Positions 26,682 through 37,525 of a stretch of 64,000 nucleotides of DNA are shown here, piece by piece. A program made the translations under genes and the position numbers. The notes beneath the pieces were generated by a model. It was not told where the DNA came from. It searched no databases and saw nothing but the letters and a program-made list of their open reading frames with translations. Every line of letters begins with the position of its first letter. The stretch's first letter is position 1. The DNA comes from an uncultured Myxococcales bacterium (GTDB taxonomy: Bacteria > Myxococcota_A > Polyangia > Palsa-1104 > JAEUJZ01), in assembly GCA_964460115.1 (NCBI GenBank), contig CAYWPR010000029.1, positions 4,131-68,130 of the forward strand, written 5' to 3'.

Positions 26682-27206
26682 GTGATGCGCCTTTGGGGCT
26701 CAGCGTGTGCACTTTTGGGGTCTTGTCTTTGGACGGCCTGCTTGGTGCCCGTGTCGCTAGAGCGTGAGGCGCCGACCGATGGGGGGCAAATCTTACAAGT
26801 AACCGGCTCAAACCCGGTCTTTGGCACCCAACTGACTACCGGAAGCCTGGACACTTTTAACTACCAAATCGATGTCATGAGCGACAGCCCTATGGTGTCC
26901 GGGCGACTTTATGTACAGCTTAAAGGAAACTGCTGCGATCTGGATGTCGACAAGGTCGATACCACCCGCTTTCTACAGGATACGACGGCGGTAAATCCGA
27001 CCATGAACAGCCTGGGGCGCTATACCATAGACTTTCGTCAGACTGTGCAGCCGTGTGCTCAAGGCGTATCGGTCTCGATCGTCTACATCGTTCCGGTCCT
27101 GGCCACGGGCGGGTTTGTAGACGACCAATCGACGAGGTTTCGTCCGGAAGGCCTCGGCGTCGTCGATCGCAGCCACTACTGGACCGTGATTTGCGGCGGT
27201 CATTAA
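26682..27206 (+). CDS. Putative lipoprotein (174 aa)
   Basis: Lipobox-like LLGSC. 9 bp after the upstream stop. Confidence 0.5.
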   Translation: MMRLWGSACALLGSCLWTACLVPVSLEREAPTDGGQILQVTGSNPVFGTQLTTGSLDTFNYQIDVMSDSPMVSGRLYVQLKGNCCDLDVDKVDTTRFLQDTTAVNPTMNSLGRYTIDFRQTVQPCAQGVSVSIVYIVPVLATGGFVDDQSTRFRPEGLGVVDRSHYWTVICGGH

Positions 27207-27219
27207 CTGGACTAGCTTA

Positions 27220-28959
27220 ATGATGGGCAAGGTTTTATTTCAAAGGCGGGGGAAGTGGACGCTATGCGTCGCCCTTCTATCGTCCGTCATGTATTGCGGC
27301 GGCGGGACGCCAAGTCCGATCGCCTGCGCCGACATATATTGTCCTCCGCCCTCGAATGACATGGCCTGGGCGGCGCAATTGGCCCCGAGTAGCTCGGCGG
27401 CGACCGACCCGAAAAATCAACTTCTGGCGCAAGAGCAAACTCCGCTGCGTTTTGACGGCGCAGGTTTGGCGCGGCTGCAATTTCGCCCCACCGTGCTGCT
27501 TTCGGGCAGTTTGCTCGACGGTCAAGCCACTCCGCTCGGCGGCGCGCGGGTTATCGCCCGTTTAGAATCGGTCCTGGCCGGGCAGAACCCTTACAGTTTG
27601 GGAACTTTGACCGCTGATTCGCCAGGCGGCGCTTGGACGATGCGAGTTCCCCTGGCCCAGCAGCCAAGCACGCAGCCTTATCACTTATGGGTTGGATTTG
27701 ACGATTCAGCGCGAGCCAGCCTGGCGCCTCCGCTGTGGCAGGAAGAAGCGATCTCGGCCGATACCGCGCTGGCGCTGCGTTTGCGTCCGCCTAGTGAGCT
27801 GGCCGTGGTCAGCGGGCGCATTATCAATGCGCTTGGAGAAGGCGTGAGCAATCTGACCGTGCAGGTGTTAAACAGCAGCGGCCAAATCGTTTCGTCTACG
27901 GCGGTTTCTGAGCCGGCGCCCGGGCTCGGCAAAGGGGCCTATCGGCTGTTCGTAGATCCGGCATTGACCTATGCCAAGGACACCCTCACAGTTGTCGTGC
28001 GACCGGGACCTTTGGTCGATTCGACCACGCCAATTCTGGAAGCCAACTTAGAACCGCAGCATTCGGGTGGGCAGACTCAGGTTGATTTTGCGGTTCCTTC
28101 TCACCGCACGCCGATGGCTTTTCAATTGCCAATACGCGGTGGTATGCCCGGAAGCAGCGCTTTGCCTATCGAGGGGGCTACCGTCCAGGCGCTGGTCATG
28201 CTGGAAGATGCCTCGACGATAAAGCTGGGCAACCGCGCGTATTACCTGGCGACTGGAAAAAGCGATGCGCAGGGCATCGCGCGCTTGTCACTAGTGCCAG
28301 CGCCTAACGGTGGCAGCAATCTTGTTTATCAGGTCACCATCTACAGCCCGTCTTTGCAGCCTTTCGCCAGTCTTTTGCAGACGCCGGTTCAAGTCGGACC
28401 CAATGCTGGTTTACTTGGGGCCGTTCTTTTGCAAAAACGCGCCGAGCTGCGCGGTCGACTGGTCAGCGCGCAGGGGATGCCGGTGGCCGGCGCCGAAGTC
28501 GTGGCCACACCCATTGCCAACACCGAGACGTACTCCAGCCCTCTGAATTCGATGAGCATTGGCGCCGATTTGTCGCAGATAACTACCGACGGCGCTGGTC
28601 GGTTCGCATTGCGGCTTGACGCGGGAGACTACGATCTAGAATTTGTGCCCATTTCGGGTACCGAAGCGCGTTCCTCGCTGGACAATTTGCGAATCAGCGA
28701 TGCCGACATTGAGCTTGGAGATGTCCATTTGCCGCCGCTAAGCTTGGGCACCCTGCAAGTTCTGGGGCCAAATGGCGCGACGGTAGCGGACACCAAAGTA
28801 CGAATCTTTGAACTTCCCGATCTGTCGGCTCGACCCGGAATCGCCTGCACTGCCGAGCTGCCTTGTTCGAAAAACGCCAAGCTGCGCGGCGAGGCATTTA
28901 CCGGCTCAGACGGACTGGCCAAGATTCTGCTTCCCGGCGGACGACCCACCGGTTTCTGA
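27220..28959 (+). CDS. Secreted lipoprotein with repeated carboxypeptidase-regulatory-like / Ig-like beta domains
   Basis: Signal VMYCGGG. Repeats of the form GR(I/L)xxAxGxPVxGAxV. Confidence 0.5.
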   Translation: MMGKVLFQRRGKWTLCVALLSSVMYCGGGTPSPIACADIYCPPPSNDMAWAAQLAPSSSAATDPKNQLLAQEQTPLRFDGAGLARLQFRPTVLLSGSLLDGQATPLGGARVIARLESVLAGQNPYSLGTLTADSPGGAWTMRVPLAQQPSTQPYHLWVGFDDSARASLAPPLWQEEAISADTALALRLRPPSELAVVSGRIINALGEGVSNLTVQVLNSSGQIVSSTAVSEPAPGLGKGAYRLFVDPALTYAKDTLTVVVRPGPLVDSTTPILEANLEPQHSGGQTQVDFAVPSHRTPMAFQLPIRGGMPGSSALPIEGATVQALVMLEDASTIKLGNRAYYLATGKSDAQGIARLSLVPAPNGGSNLVYQVTIYSPSLQPFASLLQTPVQVGPNAGLLGAVLLQKRAELRGRLVSAQGMPVAGAEVVATPIANTETYSSPLNSMSIGADLSQITTDGAGRFALRLDAGDYDLEFVPISGTEARSSLDNLRISDADIELGDVHLPPLSLGTLQVLGPNGATVADTKVRIFELPDLSARPGIACTAELPCSKNAKLRGEAFTGSDGLAKILLPGGRPTGF

Positions 28960-28977
28960 GAATGATAGAATGCCAGG

Positions 28978-29799
28978 ATGCGGCTTTGGCCGATTCTGTG
29001 CGGCGTGAACCTGTGGCTGGTGGCACTGGGGGTGCCGCTTGTTCTGGCTGCGCGCACGGCATCGCCATTTTTATGGGCTATGGCCCCGCTTTCTCCCCTA
29101 TGCCTCGCGATTGGAATGCGCCTGCAAGCTCGAGGCTTTATGCAGGGCCTGCTGCTTTTGGGCGTGCCACTGCTCGCGCTTTTGCCTGGGGCGGATGGCA
29201 CGCTGGCCGATTCGCGACTTTTGCCGCGTCCGGCCGTGGGGTTAAGCGTCGCACTATGTTTGGGCTATCTCATCACTTTGTGCCGTTTTTTGGCGCAGAA
29301 AAACCCGCCCAAAAGTGCGGCGCATTCGCCGCCGGAGCCGCCGCACAAAACGGTCAAAGAGCAAGCAGCGCAGCCCTGGCACTTAGAGCCCTGGCATCCA
29401 AGCGCCAATAGCGAAGCGCCGCGACTTTTTCGCCGCGTTTGGGCCCAGCGGCTGCTTACGCTGTATGCGGTCGCGGTGCCGCTGCTCGTGCTTTATGCGG
29501 TGGACGTGGCGCCGGCGCATCTTTTCGCACTGCGTTCGTACTTTGGTCCGCCGCGCCGAGTGGCAGCCGTGCAGGCGACGCTAAGCTCCGGGCTTTTGCT
29601 GCTGTGCAGCATCCTGTTTTACTTCTGCATCATGTCGCCGCTGGCTTCTTACCTGGATCATCATCGCCAGCTACGCACCGAGCTGCATGGCATGCGCCGG
29701 CAGGCTCGGCGGGGAAGGCCGCGCCGGCGAATTTATGCCTATATGCTTAGCGCGCTAGTTGGCATGATCCTGCTTATCTTTTGGAGCCTGCAAAGATAG
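28978..29799 (+). CDS. Polytopic membrane protein, possibly the DUF4129-position partner of the MoxR module
   Basis: At least 5 hydrophobic helices with an Arg-rich C-terminus. Confidence 0.45.
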   Translation: MRLWPILCGVNLWLVALGVPLVLAARTASPFLWAMAPLSPLCLAIGMRLQARGFMQGLLLLGVPLLALLPGADGTLADSRLLPRPAVGLSVALCLGYLITLCRFLAQKNPPKSAAHSPPEPPHKTVKEQAAQPWHLEPWHPSANSEAPRLFRRVWAQRLLTLYAVAVPLLVLYAVDVAPAHLFALRSYFGPPRRVAAVQATLSSGLLLLCSILFYFCIMSPLASYLDHHRQLRTELHGMRRQARRGRPRRRIYAYMLSALVGMILLIFWSLQR

Positions 29800-30000
29800 A
29801 TGGCATCGCAACGGCTGCCCTACTTTCACATCGTGAGCGCGCTACTGTTTGTGGCCAGCATGATCTTTTTCTGGTACTGCATGGGCTACCTCGCCAAGCG
29901 CGATTATGTGGCGGCGGGTCTGCTATTAATCATCGGGGTTTGTACGCTACGTGCCGGTAGCGAGCTGGCCCGTCTGGCGCTGGCTGAGCGAGACGGCTAG
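29800..30000 (+). CDS. Small two-helix membrane protein (66 aa)
   Basis: Abuts both neighbours with no gap. Hydrophobic. Confidence 0.4.
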   Translation: MASQRLPYFHIVSALLFVASMIFFWYCMGYLAKRDYVAAGLLLIIGVCTLRAGSELARLALAERDG

Positions 30001-31379
30001 ATGGCGAAATTCTTGCCGGTGACTCTGCTTTCGCTTTGTGCATGGCTATGCACCGCAAGGGCGGCCGCGGCGCCTGATGTCTCGCTGGGGCGCGATTTTC
30101 ATATCGGCTATTCCGGCTGGAATGGCCTATCGCGGCTGGCGGGAATGGCCCGCGACCTGGGTTGCGCATTGGAAGTGCGCCGCACGCTCGATTGGTCGGT
30201 GCTCGACGGGCAGGATATACTGCTCGTTCTGCATCCGGAAACCGCGCTCAATTCCGATAGCGCTCTGCGCTACCTTTCGGCCGGCGGCCGAATGATTCTG
30301 GCGGATGATTTTGGCGAAGCCAAAGACCTTTTTGCTCGGCTCAATATCGTTCGTCACACCGGCAAACTTCCCCCCGGCGCGACACTTTATCGCAAGCAAG
30401 CCGCCTTGCCTGTGGCTTTGCCGCAGCGCGGCACGGTCCTTGGTCGGGCGGCGGCGGAACTTTGCGGCAATCATCCCGCGTACTTCAGCAGCAGTTTGCC
30501 CGCGACCTATGTCTTTGCGCCGGGCGCCGCCATGGTGATTGAGGGAACGCTTGGGCATGGCCGCTTTGTGGCCATTTCGGATTCCAGCATTTTCATCAAC
30601 AACATGCTGGAAATCGGCGGCAATCGTGATTTTTTGGCGCGGCTGCTTATCGAGTACTGCCGGCCCGAGCGCGACCGCTTGCTGGTGCTTTACGGACCGT
30701 TTGCCGAGCGCGGAACGCCTCCCGTCGTCCTTGCGGGAGCACCGATTTCCGGCACCGGCGTGGACACCGCAGAGCATCTAAACAGCGCGATGTCCGGGGC
30801 CAATTCGCACATTCAAGAAATGCTGCATCGCGGCAAGTCGGCTGGCATTGAAATCGTCACCCTCTGCGGTCTGCTATTTTGTCTGGGGGCCTTGGCGCTG
30901 CTTTTGCGTTACCTGCCAATGCCCATTGCGCCGCAGGATGAAACTTTCGCGCAACCGCCGCGCCCTCCCGAAACCGGGCTTTTTGCCAGCATCGTGCGCT
31001 ACGCGCAAGGCGCGGGGCAGGCGGTGGATTGGGGCTATGTGTATCCGGCGACGCTTCTTCGCGAAGAAGTACTGTTGCGTATACAGCCTTTTGTCAGCGA
31101 CGGGCGCGAACCATCAACCGAAATCAGCGTGCTTGATTCGCAACAGATTGGCGCAGAGCTTGCCAAAAAAGTCAGTCCGCGCGCCGGCGAGCTGGCCGTG
31201 ATCCTGCTGCGCGAAGTGCGCCGGCTGGATCGCGAGCGGCCAAACCGCACCCATCCAAGCAGCGCGTATATACGTCGCAAAACGCTACACCGCTGGTACG
31301 GCCTCGCGACTGAACTTTTCGCCGAGCTTCGTATTTCCAAATCTCCGGCGCTTTCTTCGCCGCCTCGTGAGACGAGCGT

Positions 31380-31383
<4 letters not shown>
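30001..31383 (+). CDS. DUF4350-family protein (signal peptide plus C-terminal TM; GldG-like fold)
   Basis: Position immediately upstream of MoxR-DUF58 with a 4-bp overlap. Signal peptide and C-terminal TM IVTLCGLLFCLGALALLL. Confidence 0.55.
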
Positions 31384-32381
<998 letters not shown>

Positions 32382-32384
32382 GCA

Positions 32385-34115
32385 GTGACCGCAGGACGCG
32401 GCAAAGCGCCGGCGCTGACTGCGCGCGGCTGCTACGTGCTAGCCTTGGGAATGGTGCTGCTCATCGTTGGAGTGGGCTGCGCCAACTATGGTCTTTGCGC
32501 CGCCGGCTTTTGCGCTGTGACCCTGCTTTTTGCCGCATACGTCGAATTTGCCGGGCGAGCGGCCCTGCTATGGCGGCGCTATCTGGAACTAGTCTGGTGG
32601 CTGCCGCGCGCCGCCAGCCGCGAGGGACTTATAGCCCAGCGGCCTTTTGAGGTGCAGGTGGCGCTGCGCAATCTGAGTCCGCTCAATTTGGGATTTGGCG
32701 AAGTGCGAGTGTTTGGCTCGCGCTGCCTGCTTGTTGAAAGTGTGCTTCTGCCTTTGCCCATGCGCGCGCACAGCCAGGCCACCGGCCAATTGACTTTGCG
32801 CGCTTTGCAAGCCGGGCAGTGGACGATACACGGCGCGGCTGTGCGGCTGTGGGATGCACTGGGCCTGTACACCATTGAAGCGTATTTTCCGTCGGCGCTT
32901 GGATTAAAGGTCCTGCCGCGCCCGCAGCCGCGGATGGCACTTTTGCCATCGCAACTGCACGGTGCCGCTGGCGAAGATCGCATCGGGGCACATACCTTGC
33001 GCCGCCGCGGGCTAGGCGGCGAGCTGCGTGAACTGCGCGAGTATGTACCCGGCGATCCGTTCAAACTTATCGCCTGGCGGGCTAGTGCGCGGGCGCCATT
33101 TGGGCGGCCCCTGGTGCGCGATTTAGAGCGCGAAATGCTGCTTTGCCATTATTTGCTTCTCGACATCGGCGCAACGATGCGAGAAGGGCGGCCGGGACAG
33201 TGGAAGCTCGACCATGCACTGGAGCTGTGCCTGGGCTACGCCGCAACGGCACTTTCTGATGGGGATCGCGTCGGACTAATCACTTTTGATGGAGGAATTT
33301 ACAGCCAGCTTAAGCTTGGCGAAGGCCCGAGCCAGCGTTTGCGGCTGTGTGAACGGCTGCTTGATGTCATGAACGTCGTGGAAGATGGATTCGTGGCGAT
33401 GACCGATGGAGAACTTGTGGCCGCAGTGGCCCGCTATCTGCGTCAGCAGGAGGGAATTGATGCGCGGGTGGCGCGACCGCCGGCGATCGAAGATCAAAAA
33501 GCCTGGGCCCAGATTGCAGTGGCGCCAAGCGGCGCGCTTTACAACATCGCGCAGCTAGTCGATGCCGCCAAAAAAATGCTGGCGATGCATAAATCTGCCA
33601 AATCCGTCGCGCCGGCCGGCTCCGATTTGGCCCTATTGCGGCAGTTGTGCCGTCAGCGCGGCATCGAGCTGCCCTATGGCCAGCGCGCCGCGGCCGGGCG
33701 AACAAAGGGGCTGGCCGAGGCGCTGGAGCTTGCGGCCCAAACCGGAGGGGCTCGAGTGGTGCTTTTCTCCGACCTGCTTGGCTTTGGCGAAGCGCCTAGC
33801 GAAAGCCGCAACGCCGAACCATCGCAACTGACGCGCGCGGTGGCGCTGTGCCGGCGGCGCGGTTTGCAGCTACTATGTATACGGCCGGCGGCGCGGCGCT
33901 ACCTGCCTAAGGAACTGCTCGACGACGCCAACGCTGCGCGGGCCATCGATATTTTTTCCTGGGAACAGGACCGCCAAGAGGCGCATATGCATAGAATGCT
34001 GGCAAGGATCGGCTTTCATGTGATAGCCGTAGGGCCAGAAGATGGTTTGGCTCAAATCTTTGCAAGCGCGGCCCCAAAAAATATTGCTCGGGCGCGCGAA
34101 TTGACCCCATCTTGA
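32385..34115 (+). CDS. DUF58-domain protein (vWA-like fold) with N-terminal TM helices
   Basis: RELREYVPGDPFKLIAWRASAR signature of DUF58. GTG start. Confidence 0.75.
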   Translation: MTAGRGKAPALTARGCYVLALGMVLLIVGVGCANYGLCAAGFCAVTLLFAAYVEFAGRAALLWRRYLELVWWLPRAASREGLIAQRPFEVQVALRNLSPLNLGFGEVRVFGSRCLLVESVLLPLPMRAHSQATGQLTLRALQAGQWTIHGAAVRLWDALGLYTIEAYFPSALGLKVLPRPQPRMALLPSQLHGAAGEDRIGAHTLRRRGLGGELRELREYVPGDPFKLIAWRASARAPFGRPLVRDLEREMLLCHYLLLDIGATMREGRPGQWKLDHALELCLGYAATALSDGDRVGLITFDGGIYSQLKLGEGPSQRLRLCERLLDVMNVVEDGFVAMTDGELVAAVARYLRQQEGIDARVARPPAIEDQKAWAQIAVAPSGALYNIAQLVDAAKKMLAMHKSAKSVAPAGSDLALLRQLCRQRGIELPYGQRAAAGRTKGLAEALELAAQTGGARVVLFSDLLGFGEAPSESRNAEPSQLTRAVALCRRRGLQLLCIRPAARRYLPKELLDDANAARAIDIFSWEQDRQEAHMHRMLARIGFHVIAVGPEDGLAQIFASAAPKNIARARELTPS

Positions 34116-34140
34116 AGAGTCGCTTAAGGAGCTCGAAGAA

Positions 34141-34443
34141 ATGTCCACGATGATCACAGAGGAGTGTATCAACTGCGGAGCCTGTGAGCCCGAATGTCCC
34201 AATGAGGCCATTTCGGAAGGGGAAGACATTTACGTCATCGACCCGAACCTCTGTACCGAGTGCGTCGGTTTTCACGATTACGAGGCCTGTCAGGCTGTTT
34301 GTCCGGTCGAATGCTGCATTCCCAATCCGAACAATGTCGAGTCGGAAGAAGTGCTCTTGAACCGCGCTCGAAAGATACACCCCGACCAGCAGTTTCCCGC
34401 GCTCAATGTTCTGCCGTCGAATCTGTCGCGCTACCGCAAGTAG
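34141..34443 (+). CDS. yfhL: YfhL-type 4Fe-4S dicluster ferredoxin
   Basis: CINCGACEPECPNEAI and CTECVGFHDYEACQAVCPVECC are colinear with E. coli YfhL. Confidence 0.8.
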   Translation: MSTMITEECINCGACEPECPNEAISEGEDIYVIDPNLCTECVGFHDYEACQAVCPVECCIPNPNNVESEEVLLNRARKIHPDQQFPALNVLPSNLSRYRK

Positions 34444-34462
34444 ATGGCGCCCTGCCGCTGGC

Positions 34463-35440
34463 CTAGGTCAAAGCGCTGCGGAGGTGCTGGCATTGTTCCT
34501 CGAGCGCTGCAGTTTCGTCGGCCCAGTAGCGATAGCTTGTAAAATCGGGAAAAGTACGCGGAAATGTCGGATCCGCCCAGCGTCGGGCGATCCACGCTGA
34601 AAAATGGATCATGCGCAGCCCGCGCAGCGGCTCAATCAGCCGCAGAGTGCTGGCATCAAAGTGCCGCATTTGCTGATAGCCGCTAAGCAAGACTGTGCGC
34701 TGCCGCAGGGCTTCCGGGTCGCGTCCGCGCACAGCCATCCAAATGTCTTGCACCGCTGGACCGCTCAGCATGTCATCAAAATCGACAAAGATTGGACGAT
34801 CTTCCTGCCACAGCAGGTTGCCCAGGTGGCAATCGCCATGCAAGCGGTGCGAAGGAACATTGGCAAGCGCCGCGGTCGCGGCGGCAATGATGGTGCTGGC
34901 GGCACGCTCGTAGCGCGACTGCATTTGAATGTCGATCATGCCGCTTGCCAAAAGCGTGCCGAGCGCCGTCGCGCCATAGCTTTGCGCGCTAAGCTGCGGG
35001 CGATGGACGGCTTGTTCGTCCGCGGCGACGTTGTGCAGACGGCCTAAAAAGCGCCCGCACTGCAAAAGCTGAGCATCGGAAAGCTCGAGCAGGCTGCGCC
35101 CTCGAACCTTGGGAAAGACCGCGAAAAAGATACCCGGCTGGCCGTCGGTGCTGGCTATAGTGCTACCGTTTTGCAAGGCCAGGGGTGGAATCGCCGGGAC
35201 TTCAGCGTCCCAAAGTTCGGCCAGAAAGCGATGCTCATCGAGGATGGCTTCTTGACTCCAGCGTCCCGGACGATAAAACTTGGCGACGACGTGGCTTTGC
35301 GATTCCAGCTCGATGTCATAGACCCGATTTTCCAGGCTATTTAAGGACAAAGAGCGGCCGGTGGCGCGAACTGAGGGGCCGAGCGCGGCTTCCACTGCAT
35401 CCAAAACTGCCTCGGGAGTCAGCGTGTAGAAATGTTCCAT
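34463..35440 (-). CDS. srkA: Stress response kinase A (SrkA/YihE-like)
   Basis: LNSLENRVYDIELE...VVAKFYRPGRWS and HGDCHLGNLLW motifs are colinear with E. coli SrkA. Start MEHFY chosen. Confidence 0.8.
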   Translation of the reverse strand: MEHFYTLTPEAVLDAVEAALGPSVRATGRSLSLNSLENRVYDIELESQSHVVAKFYRPGRWSQEAILDEHRFLAELWDAEVPAIPPLALQNGSTIASTDGQPGIFFAVFPKVRGRSLLELSDAQLLQCGRFLGRLHNVAADEQAVHRPQLSAQSYGATALGTLLASGMIDIQMQSRYERAASTIIAAATAALANVPSHRLHGDCHLGNLLWQEDRPIFVDFDDMLSGPAVQDIWMAVRGRDPEALRQRTVLLSGYQQMRHFDASTLRLIEPLRGLRMIHFSAWIARRWADPTFPRTFPDFTSYRYWADETAALEEQCQHLRSALT

Positions 35441-35482
35441 AGGCGAGCCAGTCTGACATGTTTCGCGTATTGTTGTTAAAGC

Positions 35483-35911
35483 ATGCAGTCGCCACTTTTT
35501 ATCACCGACGCGCTTTGCATTCCCGGGAGCGAACTTGACTGCGAGTCGGTTCGCTCGTCGGGGCCCGGCGGCCAGAACGTCAACAAAGTGGCCAGCAAAG
35601 TGGAACTGCGCTTCGATTTGCCGATCACCTGCGCGCTGGATGCGGCGACCATCGCGCGACTGCGCATCTTGGCGAAAAATCGCTTGGATGCGCAAGGCCG
35701 GGTTCTAGTCAGCAGCCAGTTGACGCGCGATCGCAGCCGCAATCTGGAAGATGCGCGCCAAAAGCTGCGCGACCTGATTCTGCGGGCGCTAAAGCCGCCT
35801 ACACCGCGCCGTCCGACGTGTCCGACGCGGGCTGCGCAGAAACGGCGCGTGCAAGACAAACGCCAGCATTCCGCGCGCAAGCAGCAGCGCCGTCAGCAAC
35901 TTGACGACTAA
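35483..35911 (+). CDS. arfB: Alternative ribosome-rescue factor ArfB (peptidyl-tRNA hydrolase, GGQ)
   Basis: SGPGGQNVNKV motif with a basic C-terminal tail. 142 aa. Confidence 0.85.
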   Translation: MQSPLFITDALCIPGSELDCESVRSSGPGGQNVNKVASKVELRFDLPITCALDAATIARLRILAKNRLDAQGRVLVSSQLTRDRSRNLEDARQKLRDLILRALKPPTPRRPTCPTRAAQKRRVQDKRQHSARKQQRRQQLDD

Positions 35912-35929
35912 GAAGGGAAACATCCATCC

Positions 35930-36178
35930 ATGGAAGCTTTTATCCTGGTTGCAGCCATCATGATTATTTTGCCGCTGGGCTTCGCATTCGGCATTTGGCT
36001 GCTTCTATCTTGGTATCGCATGCGCGGCCAGCCGCAAAACGATGCGCCGACATTTCGTCCGGTGGATATGGAGCTCTTGTGGTTTCCCAAAACAGTGTTT
36101 GAAAAAGCTCTGTATAAGCCGAGGGCTGGCGCTGCGCCGCCGCACGCCGCGATGTCCCCATCTAAACCTGCTGACTAA
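35930..36178 (+). CDS. Small membrane protein (82 aa)
   Basis: Single strong TM helix ILVAAIMIILPLGFAFGIWLLL. Confidence 0.35.
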   Translation: MEAFILVAAIMIILPLGFAFGIWLLLSWYRMRGQPQNDAPTFRPVDMELLWFPKTVFEKALYKPRAGAAPPHAAMSPSKPAD

Positions 36179-36265
36179 GCCTGCCGACTCGATTCGACTT
36201 TTGGCGCCGAATCGCAGCGCGCAGCGGACGTGCAAAACTGCTCGAGATGGTGTAAATCTTGCGCC

Positions 36266-37387
36266 ATGTCGAAAGCTATAGTTGCCGTCGGCCGCGTGAA
36301 TCCCGATGACATTCATGCACAGATTGAAGAACTGTGTGCACTGGGGGGAATGAGCGCGGCCCTGGATCGTCGTTGTCCGACCATCCTGAAGGACAACATT
36401 TCCTGGCACTATCCCTTTCCCGGTGCCAATACCACGCCGTGGCAGCTTGAAGGGACGATTTTGGCGCTGCGCTGCGCGGGCTTTTCCGATCTGTCTTGCG
36501 TGCAAAATAAGACCGTCGTCACCAGTGCCTTCAAAGGCGTAGATCTAAACCACTACCTGCCCATTTTGCGCGCCCATCAGGTGCCGGTTCGCTATAACTT
36601 TCGCTCGGAAGACATGCGCTGGGTGCGCTATGAGCCGCGCGCCAAACTGCGCGTGCTAGACCGCATCTTTCCGGACGGAATCTATTTGCCGGACTATTTC
36701 TTTGGCAAAAATATCGTCCATTTGCCGACGGTCAAATGCCACCTCTATACGACGACGACCGGCGCGATGAAAAACGCATTTGGCGGCCTTTTGGCATCGC
36801 ATTGGCATGCCTCGCATTCCTGGATACACGAGACGCTGGTAGACCTTTTGGCCATTCAAAAGGAAATACACGCCGGCTTGTTTGCCGTCATGGATGGCAC
36901 GACGACGGGAAATGCTCCGGGGCCAAAAACCATGCATCCCGAAGTGCGAAGTGTCGTGCTGACTTCGGCGGATCAGGTGGCGATAGATGCCCTGGCGGCC
37001 AAGATGATGGGTTTTGATCCGATGACCATTCCTTATATACGTATGGCCCACGAAGCCGGACTAGGCATCGGTCGCCCCGAAGAAATAGACGTCGTCGGAG
37101 ATGTCGACATCGCGCGCGAATCGTGGGGATACCATCCGGGCGACAACATGGCAGCGCGGGTTGGCGATGTTTTGGGCTTTGGGTCGCTCAAAGGGGCGCA
37201 GAAGCTATTCTTTCACACGCCGCTTGTGCACTTCTTTGTGGCCGGGTCGGAAGTTTATCACGATTACCTGCGCTGGCCGCTGCGCGACCGTCGGGTGTTT
37301 GAGCATTGGCGCGATCGCACCACCTGGGGCCGACTGTTTCAGCGTTATGCGCAAGGCGCCCAAGCCGCCTCGACGCCGCCCCTGTAA
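36266..37387 (+). CDS. DUF362-domain protein
   Basis: Central TGAMKNAFGG motif resembling DUF362. About 374 aa. Confidence 0.45.
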   Translation: MSKAIVAVGRVNPDDIHAQIEELCALGGMSAALDRRCPTILKDNISWHYPFPGANTTPWQLEGTILALRCAGFSDLSCVQNKTVVTSAFKGVDLNHYLPILRAHQVPVRYNFRSEDMRWVRYEPRAKLRVLDRIFPDGIYLPDYFFGKNIVHLPTVKCHLYTTTTGAMKNAFGGLLASHWHASHSWIHETLVDLLAIQKEIHAGLFAVMDGTTTGNAPGPKTMHPEVRSVVLTSADQVAIDALAAKMMGFDPMTIPYIRMAHEAGLGIGRPEEIDVVGDVDIARESWGYHPGDNMAARVGDVLGFGSLKGAQKLFFHTPLVHFFVAGSEVYHDYLRWPLRDRRVFEHWRDRTTWGRLFQRYAQGAQAASTPPL

Positions 37388-37525
37388 CCGGTACCGATTT
37401 CCAGGCTGGCGCGCCCGCTATTTGGCGGGCAACCTTGCTAAGGTCGGCAAACGGCATGGGCAATTCGAGAAGGTGTGATAGCGTTCGCTCCTAAGGTCAT
37501 GGCTACGGTGAAAAAATGAAAAAGC